Shown here piece by piece: positions 12,001 through 24,900 of a stretch of 64,000 bases of DNA. The stretch spans positions 620,001 to 684,000 of the forward strand of contig CAJINV010000016.1 of assembly GCA_905178155.1 (NCBI GenBank), in the 5' to 3' direction. Origin of the DNA: Amoebophrya sp. A120 (Eukaryota > Protista > Dinoflagellata). A model generated the notes under the pieces. It was not told the origin of the DNA. It made no database searches and was given only the letters and a program-made list of their open reading frames with translations. The stretch's first letter is position 1; each line of letters starts with the position of its first letter. Both the position numbers and the translations under genes were made by a program.

Positions 12001-14905
12001 AGCTTCCTCTGGAAACACGAGCGCGGCTTTGACGCTTTCCAGCTCGCTGTCATGCAGCGGTGCATACGCGATCGCCGTCTCCCGTCGAAACTGGTTTGGG
12101 GAATAGCTGCTTGGCGGTACAACTATGCGGTCCAGCAGCTCGGCTCCTTCCCCGCCGCACCCGAGATAATGAGCGCTGCTGTCCCTCGGATCATATTGAT
12201 GAGCATAATTCAAAGCGGTGGGTGTCGTGGTGTGGACATTTTCATAACCCCCCCCGCCCGCGCCCCCGAGAAGCCCAGCGTCTGCTGCATCGTTGTGCTG
12301 GAGACTTGTCACTTGTGTGCTGCCGTCGGAGAAGATTATACCGTGGTCAACATGTTGATAACCTTCTCGACAAACCGTGGCTCCGCCTTCATCCCTTGTC
12401 GCACCATAATGTTGATGCTGCTGTTCCTTGTTACTATTCAACAATTTTTCTTGCTCCACCAACAGGTTCGCGGCACTGCAGGCCTGCGCCAGGTCGTGGA
12501 ACGGCTGGCGCTGTTTGTCCTCGTCCTTCAGCTTCGAGGTCTTTTTCGGTTTTGTGGTTTTCTCCTTGTAATAAGTCCCGCTTTTCTTCTCTTTCTCCAT
12601 TTCTTTCGCAATCCACGCGTCGGAAACTTCCTTCAGAAATTGGCTCATAATCCCCTTCCGGCACACCTTGAAGCTCATCAGAAACGCGACCAGCATCGGG
12701 AAAGCTAATTCCCAGAAGATTTCGAAGCCGAAGACCTTTGTGAAATACAGCGCCCAGTCGTCGTCGAACTCGTACTGGTTTTGCGAAACCAGGATGAAGT
12801 TGACAAACACCAACTGCGAAAACGCCGGCAGGAAAAAGACCCCGGCAAGGACACCCGCCGCTTGGAAGGAGGCGAGGGCGACGAGCAGACGGAGGTAAAT
12901 ATTCTTGTCGTACTTTTCTTTGCAGTTAGAAACGGCTGATGATGTTGCACTAGGTCTCTTCTTGTTCTTCTTGACCCACTTCCGGTTATACGGCGGAAAG
13001 AGTCGGCGCTTTATTTCCGGACGGTGCAGATCGGGGAAGAGAGCATGTCCCGCGCCGGCAGGGGATTCACGAACAATACCACGACCGCCTGCTGATCCTC
13101 CCGGGGGAGAGGTACAAGGAGCAGGGAGGTTATTGCTGTCGTTCTCAGCATGGTTTTTTCGGTTTGAAGCCGTATCCTCTGCGGGCATGTTGATATCTTT
13201 TTCCAGCCCAGCAACACGATCATCTGCCGCTCCTCCTTCCGGACCGTCTTCTTCACCCCCCGCCCAAAAAGCCCACCACAGCGGATCCCCTTTCACTTCC
13301 ATGTCGCCTGTGGGCGCCACATTTTTTGTCGTCGCGCCACTGTTTGCAAGTATCCTGTTGCGAGTAGTACAGCCGTCCTTTAATATTTCCTCGCCAGTGG
13401 TACAGCGTCCACTTTGCAGCTGCGCGCTAGAATTATACAGCCCGGAAGTAGAACTGTACTGCTTCCGCGCCCTCCATTCCACCATCTCCAAATGCTCTTC
13501 CACCAGCTTCGCCGCCAAGGCTTCGACTTTGGATTCGAACAGCCACCTGCGCCGGAGCCTTTCCTTCCGTTTGGCAATTTCCATGGGGTGTCTGAAGTCA
13601 AACAACAGCCTCGCGAGGCTGCGGTGCTTCGACATCATCGCATCGGAAAAATCGCGGTCGCGCCAGCTCGCGGCCTCCGTCTCCGCCAGTTTACTCAGCG
13701 CTTCCAACTGCGGCAGAAGGCTTTCGATATCCTGTGTAAAAACGTCCCAAGAGCCCCACAGTCATAAGCTGAGAGCTGAGCAACACAGATCCAGAAAATA
13801 AGCATGGCTGTTGCAGCGCTTGAAGACAAATTTCTTGGGCTCGCAATGTAATTATCCTATGTAGCAGCTAGTGCAGCCGCATGGACAATCGATACGACCC
13901 TTATGTCCTGATTCTAGCATGACCACAAACTCCCATACAGCATTGGAATGAAATACCTGCAATGCTCATGATGTGGCAGCACATGAGAAATAACTACTTA
14001 GGCATGCAGATTTTCCGGACAACTCTGGGATCATGGTGACCACGTTTTTACACTGCATATTCGGCGAGAATTCGTTGTCGAAAATTTTCTTCCGCAACGG
14101 AGAGTGAGGAAGAGCTGGACGAGGCCCGCGTCCATTGTGACACAGTCCTCATTCCCGCGTTGTCATACAAAAGCTTTTGCTGCTCCAAAGTCAACCCCTC
14201 CCGGCCATAGTCGATGGCTCCGGGGACATCCAGGAAAGGCCCGCCGGGGGACGCTGTTGCATACCAAGCCTTTCTGTAGTTGTTCCCATGCTGGTGGACC
14301 GCCGGAAAAAGCGCGGGGCTGTCTGCCTGGTGATGGTCAATCGTGGAGAGAGGCAGTGCAGCGGAGGATGATGATGGTTCTTGCACAGCTAGTACGGCGG
14401 GATCATCTTCCTGCTGAATTCTTGACATCCATGCAGGCTTTAATATTTTCCGCCCGAACCACGAGGCGAGCGCATGCATCTTTTCCTGCGCAGAATCCTG
14501 GGTCGTGTGTCTCGCCCCCTGCAGTGCCGCGGAACCGACCAAAAAGGGCTTTTGCGGTGGCACAGTACAAACCAAGCTCGGGTCTCGGGTGTAGTACTCC
14601 TCTGCGGTCGTGTAGTAATTTTCCCCAGTTCCTCTCGCAGTCATGGTGGTCTGCGTCGTGCGGTTTTTCTTGACAGCGTTGTTTGGCATTGGCACAGGCC
14701 CCCCGTCCTTGCAGCTAGTACGGACGGGGAACAAGTTTTGCGTGCAGGACCGAAGAACAGCCACTTTATCCGCTTCGTCTCCGGGCCACGCTGGGGTTCG
14801 CCCCCGCACGACCAAATCGCTCAGCCGGGTTGGTACGCGATTAACATTGGCCGAATCCAACAATAGCGGCACCGGCGGCGCGTCGGGTTTTCTGCCGCCG
14901 GCGTC
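1..14905 (-). CDS. Giant hypothetical protein (~3600 aa or more, central hydrophobic/TM segments); 3' end runs off the window, 5' end uncertain
   Basis: ORFs 14048-14872, 8722-13707, 1892-5899, 1642-1872, 783-1520 and an open frame 591 to 1 join in frame after removing IR elements at 13728, 8518, 1748, 1424, 597 (+5 nt each) and the 5855-8509 insert. Junctions read ILAE|SLLPQ, EETA|LEWIL, SYV|IVGT, TGVE|NFYK, EQP|SSTL. Confidence 0.8.
597..918. mobile_element. IR-intron/introner, family F (TIR core AAAAATCCYCCCTCCCCATA)
   Basis: TAT...ATA ends, DR ggttg/ggttg, homologous to 59108. Confidence 0.9.
1424..1686. mobile_element. IR-intron family A (TIR core ATGTCTGGGTCTGGAA)
   Basis: DR ctcca/ctcca; removal restores frame. 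Confidence 0.92.
1748..2010. mobile_element. IR-intron family A
   Basis: DR tcacg/tcacg; removal restores frame. Confidence 0.92.
5855..6583 (-). mobile_element. Non-autonomous element E, copy 1, with asymmetric TIRs and terminal hairpin (Helentron/Helitron2-like)
   Basis: gtagtgaggtca 5887-5898 and tgacctcactac 6569-6580; hairpin ccgcg-tc-cgcgg 5873-5884; copies at 7717 and 30357. Confidence 0.7.
6657..7658. mobile_element. Non-autonomous TIR element M carrying a minisatellite
   Basis: 12-bp IR caagggagtcaa 6661-6672 / ttgactcccttg 7625-7636. Confidence 0.55.
6850..7340. repeat. 39-bp tandem repeat, ~13 copies
   Basis: catcgaagg recurs at 6852, 6891, 6930, 6969...; consensus ctttccctcatcgaaggaaa(a)ttgaagtggccacttcaa. 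Confidence 0.92.
7717..8445 (-). mobile_element. Element E, copy 2
   Basis: Nearly identical to 5855-6583 (offset 1862). Confidence 0.7.
8518..8769. mobile_element. IR-intron family G (long TIR tataacctgctcagctgttacaatctcaaacgttacaa)
   Basis: ~38-bp TIR, DR cgctg/cgccg. Confidence 0.9.
13728..14059. mobile_element. IR-intron family B (TIR core AAAAACGTCCC)
   Basis: DR ttcga/ttcgg; joins two ORFs in frame. Confidence 0.85.
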
Positions 14906-15161
14906 TGGAGAAGCGAGAGGGGAACTAGGAGCGTATTGTGGTGGAAATCACGATCAGTAGCGTTGGGTCTAATGAGATTGTCGTAAATCAGAAACATGCC
15001 TAACCACGACATCCCCCACCAGACACTTTCAACACATGAAATAATTACTGATATCTGGCGTCAGTTCGATTTCTGTTGAAGACCGTAGTCTGTCCTCGCA
15101 TGTTCAATTATATCTCAGGAGACATATAACGAAGTCAGCACCATATTTTTCACCATCAGAC

Positions 15162-17388
15162 CTAACTTTTGACCAGTGTGTCATGACACGCGCATAAAAA
15201 TACAAGCTCTCCTCGCCGCGAATTCAACAGTCTTGTTGTTCCCGCGCCTGCCGCGTTGCTCTTCCTAGCGCGGCGCTTCGTGGGAGCACCGCTGGAAGTA
15301 TCTTTGAGAGGCACGTGGTACTTTTTCATTTCGCGCCTCTTTGACTTCTTTATTCTTGGTGCTCCGGGCTTTTTTTGGGGCGTCCTTCCGTCGAATATGA
15401 CCGGATCCCGAGGCACCGCATCATGCCCTACCTCGTCACGACCACAAGCACTGGGACCCAGACCGACCGCTCCTTCGTTCTCCGTGCGGCAAACAACGGG
15501 TCGGTTAGTATCGCCACTGGAAGAACGGCGCGGGACATCAGGAGCAGGTGCTGCACCACTACAACCGGGCACGGGGACGTCGATTGGAGGTGTGCTACCT
15601 TTCTGGCTCGCGACCTTCTCCGACACTTGCGTGGAGCTTTGACCGGTTTTGCTGCTACTAGTAAAAGTCGTGCTGGGCGGTAGTTTATGCCGATTCCGAT
15701 AAAACTCGATCTCTAGGTCCTCTGCTGGGAGGATGCATTTATACACTTGTGATCATGCTCACTCACTACGAGTCAGACAAAATTCTTCTTTACATGCGTA
15801 AGAGTGTCATGCTGGGCGGCCTTGCATAATTCCAGACATGGCCAGGTACTAGATTCAACAGACTGCATGACAATAACAACCATCTGCGGTCTACTTCCAG
15901 CTGAACCTGGTATCATCATTTTTGCAATTACATACAGCTGGCCGACGGGAAACGGCGTCATTCGTTTTTCGGTCCGAGGCGGGAAACAGGCCGGCCCGTA
16001 GTTCTGCCCCCGGCGCGAAAACGAAAACGCGGACTCAAATGTGTTTGCCGGATCGGTGTTGAAAATTGCGAAAGCCGACCCACCAAAAGAGTTGTTTTCC
16101 ATGTACAACGAATTGCGAGATTCAGCGCGCTGCAAATTGGAGTTACCGCTGCCGCTCCGACTGGACGAGATAATATTTCCTGCCGGGCCAGCTGCGAACG
16201 AAACATTCGGGTTGGACGCTTGGGAAACCGCGGGAGGTGGAAGAAAAAACTCGGGGGCCCCTGTAGTTGTACTACCCCGTTCATCTTGCACAACCCCAAC
16301 TGCATGTGGTGGAGCGCGGGTGTTGCTATATTCCACTGCGCGGCTGGAGGAGCTCGAGCAACTTGAGCTACTAGAACTTGATGAACTATGGTTATTTCCA
16401 CTAAAAACGCTAGACCTCCGGGCTGTGTCGTTCGCTTTTGGTTTTGTCGCTCCTCTGTTCCTTACCACATTAAACGGCACAACAACCTCCGGCAGCCACA
16501 GACCGCGGGATGAAGTCTGGGGCGGAGGAACTACAACTTCCGCGTTAGCTGTGTTTGCTGTCGTCCCGCATGATGGAGGTGGACTAGCTGCGGGAGCAGC
16601 GTGGTTGGGTACCGGCTGCGCTTGGTCGTTCTGCTCGTAATTAACATTTCTGTCGTCTCTGCGACAGCTCGACGAGCTGCTACTGCTGCAGCCGGTGTTT
16701 GTCCCGCCGCCAAAGGGCGGTTGTAGTGGCAGCTCCTTCTTGTTGCCACTACTCATGCTGGGCTCTACTATGTACTTGCCGACGAAGCTACTTCGGTATC
16801 GATAGAAGCAGCCCCGGTGTGGTGCCAGATTTTCTCCGGCTGCTCGACAAAAGGAGAGATGGGTACTACTATTCCACCTCACTCCCTAAAACCGCGCGTG
16901 GACGGGGTGAGTATCAAAAAGTGCGCAAGTTGACAACGATCGATCCCCTCCTCGTGAGGAAGAAATTATCATACTCATCTCCAGCGGTGCCGTTTCCAGC
17001 GATATTGTCGTTTTTCAGCGCCCCCTGAGGTCGGTGTCCTTCTCGGCATGGCTACACTGACGTACCGGTTTTAGAAGTGCGACCCATGTCTGATATTGAC
17101 CCGTGGGGTGCTGGCGTTCTCAACTATCTGCTCCGCCCGTATCTTACAGGTGCGGCTTTTGCCGCGGCGAGACGGATATATATCCGTGGTGAACGGCATC
17201 GCAACAACCGCAAGCGTACCCGTGTCTCCATATGCCCCGAAGTTGTGCCGTGTGATTCCTCGAGGTTTTGAATTCAGTGCTTCGTCTTTGCACATGTTCT
17301 TTATCGAAAAGGCATCTAGCGTACTACTGGATCGAAGGAAAAGAGGGGAACTTTGCCCCAATCTTAATTCAGTACTGCATTCAATCAT
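15162..17388 (-). CDS. Probable coding exons of a Ser-rich hypothetical protein; may be the 5' part of the giant gene or a separate gene
   Basis: Consecutive minus-strand ORFs (194, 369, 105 aa) with composition like neighbouring genes; exon junctions not resolved. Confidence 0.45.
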
Positions 17389-18187
17389 GGAACTACATGA
17401 ATGCTATGAGCACCAAGGGTACAACTACGCGACACTCTAGAAGCGGCTACTTCGTTTAAAATCCACCTTCACCGCACAAAAAAACGCTTGGCCAGCGTCC
17501 CTCACTTCAGAACCATTCACGTGTCTAAAAACGATTGCCAAAACGTGGCCGCGAATAAAAATTTCTCTTGGCACAAAAATGCCGCCGCGCCCTCCTCTCT
17601 TTCGCCGACGTCGATTATTCAGAACCAAAAAAAAAAGGAAACGCCGCGCGTAAGGCAACGACATGAAACATCAACATGCTCGCGTTTCGCGTCAGAAGGT
17701 GATCGTGGATCCATCTTGGGTTTATCAAAAACCGCTACTCAAGTCACTGATCCCGATCTGCTTCGCTTGATCTTGAAAAGTTGTCGCAGTGACCTTTCAC
17801 GAGAACAAACTCACGGCATCATGCACTACGTCAACTGCATCGACGCGCACATGTAAACGGCAACTTATTTCTCCCTGCGTTCTGCTGGGAGAACTTTTCT
17901 TTTGTTTATTTGGTACTTTTAGCTTCATCTCCTCAACTCAAATAACATCGTACAAGTGGTTTATTGTCCAACAGATGTCAGAGAGCTCATTCCCAGTTCA
18001 TAGAGCTTTCTGCTGTTAGCAGGAGCTCCTTTAGTAGAGAAGAGTCAAACAAATTCGTATTGTACAAACGTTTAACAACAAAGTCCAGAAGCCGATAGTA
18101 AAAATCCCAAACTAACTAAGCGCCGCTCTACTAGCGCTTCATGCATTTTACAGATTCTGTTTCCTCTCGTCGTGGTCCCCGCTTTTC

Positions 18188-19298
18188 TTAATACCCCTCG
18201 CGGTATTCGCTCGCGTTGAAATTGAGCACGCGCCCTTTCTGGTCCATTTTCGGAATTGGGACGATCGGGACTTCTCTTGCAGGCCGAAATGGCTTATCAA
18301 ATGTAAAAATGTCTGGGTCTGGAACAAAGCAATCTGTCATGCTTAACAGACTGCGCGACAAAGCAATCTGTCATGCTAAATCTCAATCATATAAAAATCT
18401 GTGTTGCATGATTCCCAAAAGCTGTTCGCTTTTGACCTATATCGAGAGGCAGTTTCTCATGCAGGATAGGCATGATAGAACGCTCACAGAATCTGTCATG
18501 CTATGTCCTGCATACCAGACCTCATGGGTCATGCAAAATATGCATGACAAACGCGGCACTCTTCCAGACCCAGACATTTTTGCATTTCATATGGCTCGGG
18601 CGGGTACATTTTCTGTTGTATAATTGCATATCGATTCCTACGATTTTTTCGTATTGCATAACAGCCAGAAATACCTTAATTTCTCATGCACCGGTCCAAG
18701 CACTATGTATTTCATGCAATCGCCTTCAACCACAAAAGTTGAAAAATACGTTGGTGACAATATCATGTCGTTTCACGCGTTCCGGATTCTCCGCAACTTC
18801 CAATTTCCAATACTGATCCTTGTAACCCACCAAATTTGCCATGTTGGTATCCGAAAATTGTTGCGTTGTGACGCCCGCGGGTCTGTGATTTTTTGGAAGA
18901 TCATGTGTGTTCGCATCAAGAACAAAGTTCTCTGGAGGGAACGAGAGAAACTACATTCGAATCGAAACTCTTGCAGTGTGAAATCCAAATTCATCCTGTC
19001 TCACACAACAACGACGACCAAAAGGTTGCTGTAGAGGAGCAGCCAAAGGCACATCTACACGACCGTGCTTCAAATACCTTTGGTCGATGGTGTTCTCCAC
19101 CGTCGGTCCCTTCAGTTTGTGTGGTTCCTTGGGGAGAAAGAACAAATTTTTTCTCGTCTGGTAGCGCCCGGAGCCGCGCAGGGTGGTCTCCGCGCCCGGT
19201 GGGTACCGGTGGTCCGCGAGCGGGTACAGTTCCGGAAATCCGTCCGCTGGGAAGGCGGTCGGTGGCTTGCTCGCGGAAGACGAGGGCGCTGCGGCCAT
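18188..19298 (-). CDS. Small hypothetical protein (two GT-AG introns plus one IR intron)
   Basis: MAAAPSSS...; exon ENFVLDANTHDLPK...DIVTN; KMYPPEP|FRPAREV...YREGY* after removing 18295-18591. Confidence 0.65.
18295..18591. mobile_element. IR-intron family A with internal duplication
   Basis: DR tggct/tggct; aaagcaatctgtcatgct appears twice. Confidence 0.92.
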
Positions 19299-21936
19299 TG
19301 TGACGATGTGGTGATGAGTTTCTAGTGAGGCGGGGGGAAACAGGCGAAGGTGGGATCTAATTGCTGAAATTAGAAGTTTGTGTTGGTTGAGGCACTTATC
19401 TCTTGCATTTGTTCCGATACTGTTGCTGTACAAGTGCTGCAGAAGCATGAATCGAAGCCTGCATCGAGTAGGCATAGACGGTCTCTCACTCTCACTGTCG
19501 TTAGGTATGTAGTGCGTGCGTGCCTCTCAGAACCGGTTGCGCGAACACCGCACGAGTCGACCGAAGATGAGGAGGCCCGACACGCCAAGGTAAAAGCAGC
19601 CTCCGGCAACTACCTCGAATGGCGGCGCCAAAAGCTGGCGGTAGAAAAAAATCGCTACCCTCGCAAAGCGGAAGTTGCTATAGGGCACCAACGCGGCAGC
19701 GCGGTGCCGGGCAGCCAATCCAGCGGGCCGGCCGGGGCGCCGGTTCGCCCCGGCGCCTCCCCCTTCCGGAGCCGGACGGGGCCGCAACCAGAGGGCGCCT
19801 TGGGCCAGAAAAACCTGCGGGCCGCTGGCCTGGCGCGGCCGCCCTCCTTGGCGGGCCGGCGGCCACTCGCGCCCCCTGTACTGGGGCCCGCCGGTGCGAT
19901 GTCGCGGGCCCTTCCCTTGGGAAGGGAAAAGGCGGCGGGCTGCGCTCCCCGCGGGGGCGGGCCGCGGCGCGGCGCCTGGTCGGCAAGCGCGCGCCGCGCT
20001 GGCCCGCTGATTGCGCGCCGGCGGCTGGGTTCGCCGCGGCCAGGGACGTCGCCCGCGCGCCTTAGCGGCGCCCCGCCTTGCTTTTATTTTGCACACAAGG
20101 GCGCCCGCCCATCCCGTGTCGTTCTCCGCGTTGCCGCCTGGCGAATGCCCCGGCGCCGGCAGCAGGCCTGCAGAAGGCTTCCCCCTTTGCGCTCCGAGCC
20201 CCCTGCTAGTTGGCCGCCTCCATTACGTGCCGCGGCGAATACGTTCGCCGTAGCCCCCTGGCCATCCGTAGCCCACTACCCGCCACCGCGTCGCCCCGCA
20301 AACATCTGCGCGACCGCCATCCCCGTGGTCTGGATCTGGCAGCAGGGCCATCTCGGTAGTGGTGTGCTTGGAGGGATGCCGCAGCCGCACGGCAAGCACT
20401 TACAGGCGTCGCCAAAGCAGTAGACCACACCGGCCGACCAACCTGGGCCAGGCGGGAGGCGCATGTCTGCGCAGTGGGTCCCCAGTGATCCAATCGGTCT
20501 CGAATGTCTAGCCATGTGGCCACAAGTCGGGGAGCGCCGCGAATGAAGCCCAGGGAAGAAATCGAAAGAGCACCGCGGCCAATCGCCCGCCGTCTCCAGG
20601 CGGGCCGCCATTTTTGGCGGGCCTTTCTCGCCGGCGGCGATGGCGCGGGCTTTTCCGCAGCTCCGCCGCTTCTTTGCTCTCCTTTTTCTCCGGGGGAAAC
20701 TTTTGCGAAGGTCCTCGGAGGGGAGGCCTTTCTCTTCCGATTTTCCCGCGGCCTGTGTCGGCGCCTTGTTGTTGCTCTCGCTTTTCAAATTATTCAAAAT
20801 GTTAAATTAAGCGCGTCCTAAGTGTGTGAACTCGAAGGGAACACAAAAACTCTAGCTAAAGCCTAAAGCTTTAGCCCTCTAAGCGCAGGGCTCGAGAAGA
20901 TCTCAATCTTCGACCTAGAACACGTAGGTGTGTAAACAATCAAGCACAATCTAATATCCGAGCGACCCGTACTGAAAAGTGGCCCGCGACGCTGCGGCGC
21001 TTTCTTTCTCCTTCGCTTGATATCCTTTCATGTTACTACACTTTTAAGCCGTCTGCTGTCATGACATTTGTCGAGTTTTCCGAAACCTGTACCAAAATCC
21101 TCAACCTCCGCGCGAAGCCATCGAGGAATGAATTCACGATTTGATGCAGAGGCTATTGCCTGAAAGTTACGGCTGCACCAGATGCACCATGAAACGACTA
21201 CATCCAATGCATTTACAAGAAACAGTAAACTCGGGCAATCTATCCTACAACAGAAGCAGAAGTTACTTCTTGTTCTTTCTCGCAAATCATCATTTTCAAA
21301 GCTCTACAACTTGCCCCTTAACCACCCTAAAGCAGCAGGGCCCGAAATCAAATACCGTCGAAACAGAAACAAACTTCGCGAGTAGTTGTGCTAATATTAA
21401 ACTCCAATCATCAATTTCGCAGCTGCTGTTCCTCGTGACCATTGGCGAGCCGAGTAACATTACGCCAAGCAATCGCGAGCAACAGTTCACTTGCGCTAAT
21501 ACAATTCTATCAGGTGAGTGTGTGTCGAAAAATGAGAATCAGTAAAAAATTTCCTCGTAATAGTACTTCCACGTGCGCCCCCGTAGTACAGAAAAAATCG
21601 CATTGTTCCCTATTGAATTTCGCCGATTATTGTTGTTGAATTCGCATTACCGTCGATAAAATCTTTATACAAGAAATAGCTGTGGCCGCAACGCACCACA
21701 ATGGCTGAGCATTTTCCAGAGGCATTAGCAGTGTAGCAGTTCTGCGTAAAATGAAAACATTTTGAGGATGTTATAGTAAAAAAGGAAAATTAGCAGCGAA
21801 GTGGAGCCTCCTCCTCTCCCGGAGAAAAAATCCATCCACACTCCAACTCGCATAAATCTGGCCCACCTTCAACGTCTCGGCAAACAAAACTCCGCAGCAT
21901 TTTTCCAAATCGCGCCAGCCTTCCACGGCTGTCTAC

Positions 21937-24900
21937 TCAAATCTTCGCCGCGTTCAAAATGATGTTGTTTTGCAAGAGAAAGTCCAGTTTCAGTTGCTCC
22001 TGCAGCTTCCGCGACTTCAGAATCTTCTCCCCGCCGCACAGGTAAAAAACCGCCAGGATTCGGTTGGAAATCCGAGGCGTCGGAAAGAATTCCGAGAACT
22101 GCAGCGCGACCTCTTTGGACCGGGGGAAAAGCGTCTCAAATGCAAAAATATCTGGGTCTGGAAAAGTGTAGACCTGTCATGCAGATTTTCCATGACCCAT
22201 GAGGTCTGGAATGCGGCTCTCAGCATGACAGACTCTGCGAGGTCTCTGCCATGCCTATCCTGCATGAGAAACTCCCTTCCAACTTGGTCAAAAGTGGACA
22301 GCTTTTGGCACTCATGCAACACAGATTTTCGCATGCTTCAGATTCACCATGACAAGTTGCAACCTTCCAGACCCAGACATTTTTACAATCCATAAAGCGG
22401 TTCCAGGTCCGAACTGCGGTAGGTTTCGTCCACGTGCTCTAGGTATCAAATGCAAATATGTCTGGGTCTGGAAGAATGCAAACTTCTCATGCATATCTTC
22501 CATGCCCCATGAGGTTTGGAATGCAGGACCTAGCGTGACAGGTTCTGCGACGTTCCTATGATGCCTATCCTGCATGACAAACTGCCTTTAAACTTGTTCA
22601 AAACTGCACAGCTTGTGGTAGTCATGCAACACAAATTTTTGTATGATCCAGACAGAGCATGACAAGTTCGCATCCTCCCAGAGGACCCAGACAAATTTGC
22701 AATGCATACTAGGATCAGCCGCCACTCCGGCTCCTGGAACTGTTGCAGGAAGGGTATACTGAGCAAAAACGTCCCAACCCCAGAGTTGTCATGCAGATTT
22801 GCAATCGCAGGAAAACTTGTAATGCGCTTCCCCATGACAGGTATTTTCAATTCTGTATATTGAACTTGTGATGCGGTAAACAGGATACCAGGATGGCGCT
22901 GTGATGCGGCCGTCCTTGCTAGCCCGCATTACAGTACAGAGAAAAGTTTGTCATGCGTGACTCCCAAAACTTCTGGATCTGCGTTGCAGAATTGCCATCT
23001 TGACTCTGGGATGGGGACGTTTTTACACAGGATAAAGGGCGTAAAATTCGGTCCCTTCTCGTGGAGCTGACCAAGGAGGAGATTCGTCAGCCCTTGGCCC
23101 AGCTTCTTCGGTTTTCCGCCGTCGTGCTTGCTGTGGGACGCGGTGTTGCCGCTAGAGTTGTCGGAGGACGTCGCTATGGCGAGCTTTCTGCTGGTCCGAT
23201 TTTTCGCCGCGTGCTTGCGCTCCTTCTGGATCTGCTCGCTGTCGAAAGGGCGGAGACCTGTGATACGGTTTTTGATTACTTAATTGCCAGCAAAAACTTA
23301 CCATGCATAATCTCCTCTACAAACAAGAACAAACATATCCCATTTATTTCGCAAAACACAAACTAAGTAAAAGTCACAATTTGTATACCGATCAGCGTCA
23401 GCGTGTCTGCTAACAGCATGGTCTTTATTCTCCGATCTAATGGCGAACTCGATGACAACGACGGCGACACGTTTACTTCCAGCAGCCACGGCCTCCTGTT
23501 CGCGTCTAGCAAAACGTCGAAGCCGTAGATCTCGAAGCACGGACTTGTGTTGCTCTGGTCCCCCACTGTCGAACCAGAACTTCCGTCCTTGTTCCCTGAA
23601 CTATTACCATTACCCCCTCCGCTGTTCGCCACCACATCGTCCAGATTCGTACTCCTGTGCAGCGTGGAAACAATAATCGGCTCGACCGCGATGGCCGCTT
23701 TCACGACTAAAGCCTTGACCTCCGAGAAACACTTTTCGTAATCCCAGTATGCATTGCAAAACAATCGCAGTCGTACTAGTATGAATTGCATGACAAACTT
23801 TCGCAAAACCAAATATGAACTCCGTCATGCTGATTTTTCTTTGCAAATCGGATTTTGTCATGCCAGACTGCGAAAAATACCTTTACAATGCATACCCACC
23901 CCTGCTGGTTGAAGTACTCTTCTAGCTGCGACAGGGACCACTTCGATTCCGGGCCTTCGTTTTCCAAATCTTCTTCCTTATGCATTGCAAACATGTCTGA
24001 GCCTGGAAACTTGTAATGCTGGGGTGGGAATACTAGTGAATGCTCTGTTAAATGCACAGCCAAGCATGAGAAGTAGTGCGCGCTGCTTGGTGTTGCAGTT
24101 TCCGCATGACAAGCTGCGTTTTTGCATGACAAGCAAAAGGATCTCTTCTTGGACACGCATCACACGTTCATCAGTCATGCCAGACAAGCATGACAAACCT
24201 CGCATCCTGCCAGGCCCAGACGTATTTGCAGTTGATATTCCTCCCCGCAAAACGATTCGTTTTCGGAGTCCTGGTCTTCGATATCTACATCCTCCTGGTC
24301 GCCGGGCTCTTCCGGCGGTTCCGTTGGGTCGTTCTCGTCTTCGTTCTCCGAGCCCAGCGTAATGTCTTCGTCCTGGTCTTGCGGTTCTTGGCCTCTTGTT
24401 GTACCAGCGGTAATTATGGTGCCACTAGGCGTGGACGCGCGCGTCTGCTTTTGCGGGGAAGTGGCGGTCGATGTGGAGCTGGTGCGGGGGGCGGCTGATA
24501 GAAGTGCAGTAGATTTTTGTAATGCTTTCAAGGGAAAAAAATGAAAACTTCACGTAATTTCTTAGCACCCTTTATTGCCATGAGATGAAATAAACGATGA
24601 AACACTGCAACACGACATCGAAATCCGTATCAATACCTCCATCCATGTTCTTTTTGTAATTTGTCGCGTTTTTGTTCACGGAGTAGTTTGTCAGATGCAC
24701 CTTTCTGGACCGCAAATCTGATTTCCTTTCTGCCGAGTACTTTTCCGTCGCGAACCGCACCAATCCCTCCCGGAACAAGTAGATCTTCAAGGGGTCGAAG
24801 CTGGTGATCACCACGTAAATCCGCAAATCAAACTTGTAGCCCTTGATCAGCAGCGGCGGATTCACGTACTTCTGCACCACTCTGTACTGCTTCGCCATCT

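Noticed and set aside
8911-13801. Plus-strand ORFs opposite the 1661-aa ORF (likewise 29122-29949 and 31411-32052)
   Set aside because: Antisense shadows of the long minus-strand coding frames.
20247-20275. Dinoflagellate spliced-leader relic (ccgtagcc, twice)
   Set aside because: Only 8 nt match; the ATTTTGGCTCAAG part is missing.
19380-20423. 347-aa plus-strand ORF
   Set aside because: Arg/Ala/Pro/Gly-rich with several frames open because of extreme GC; lies against the strand block; no motif.
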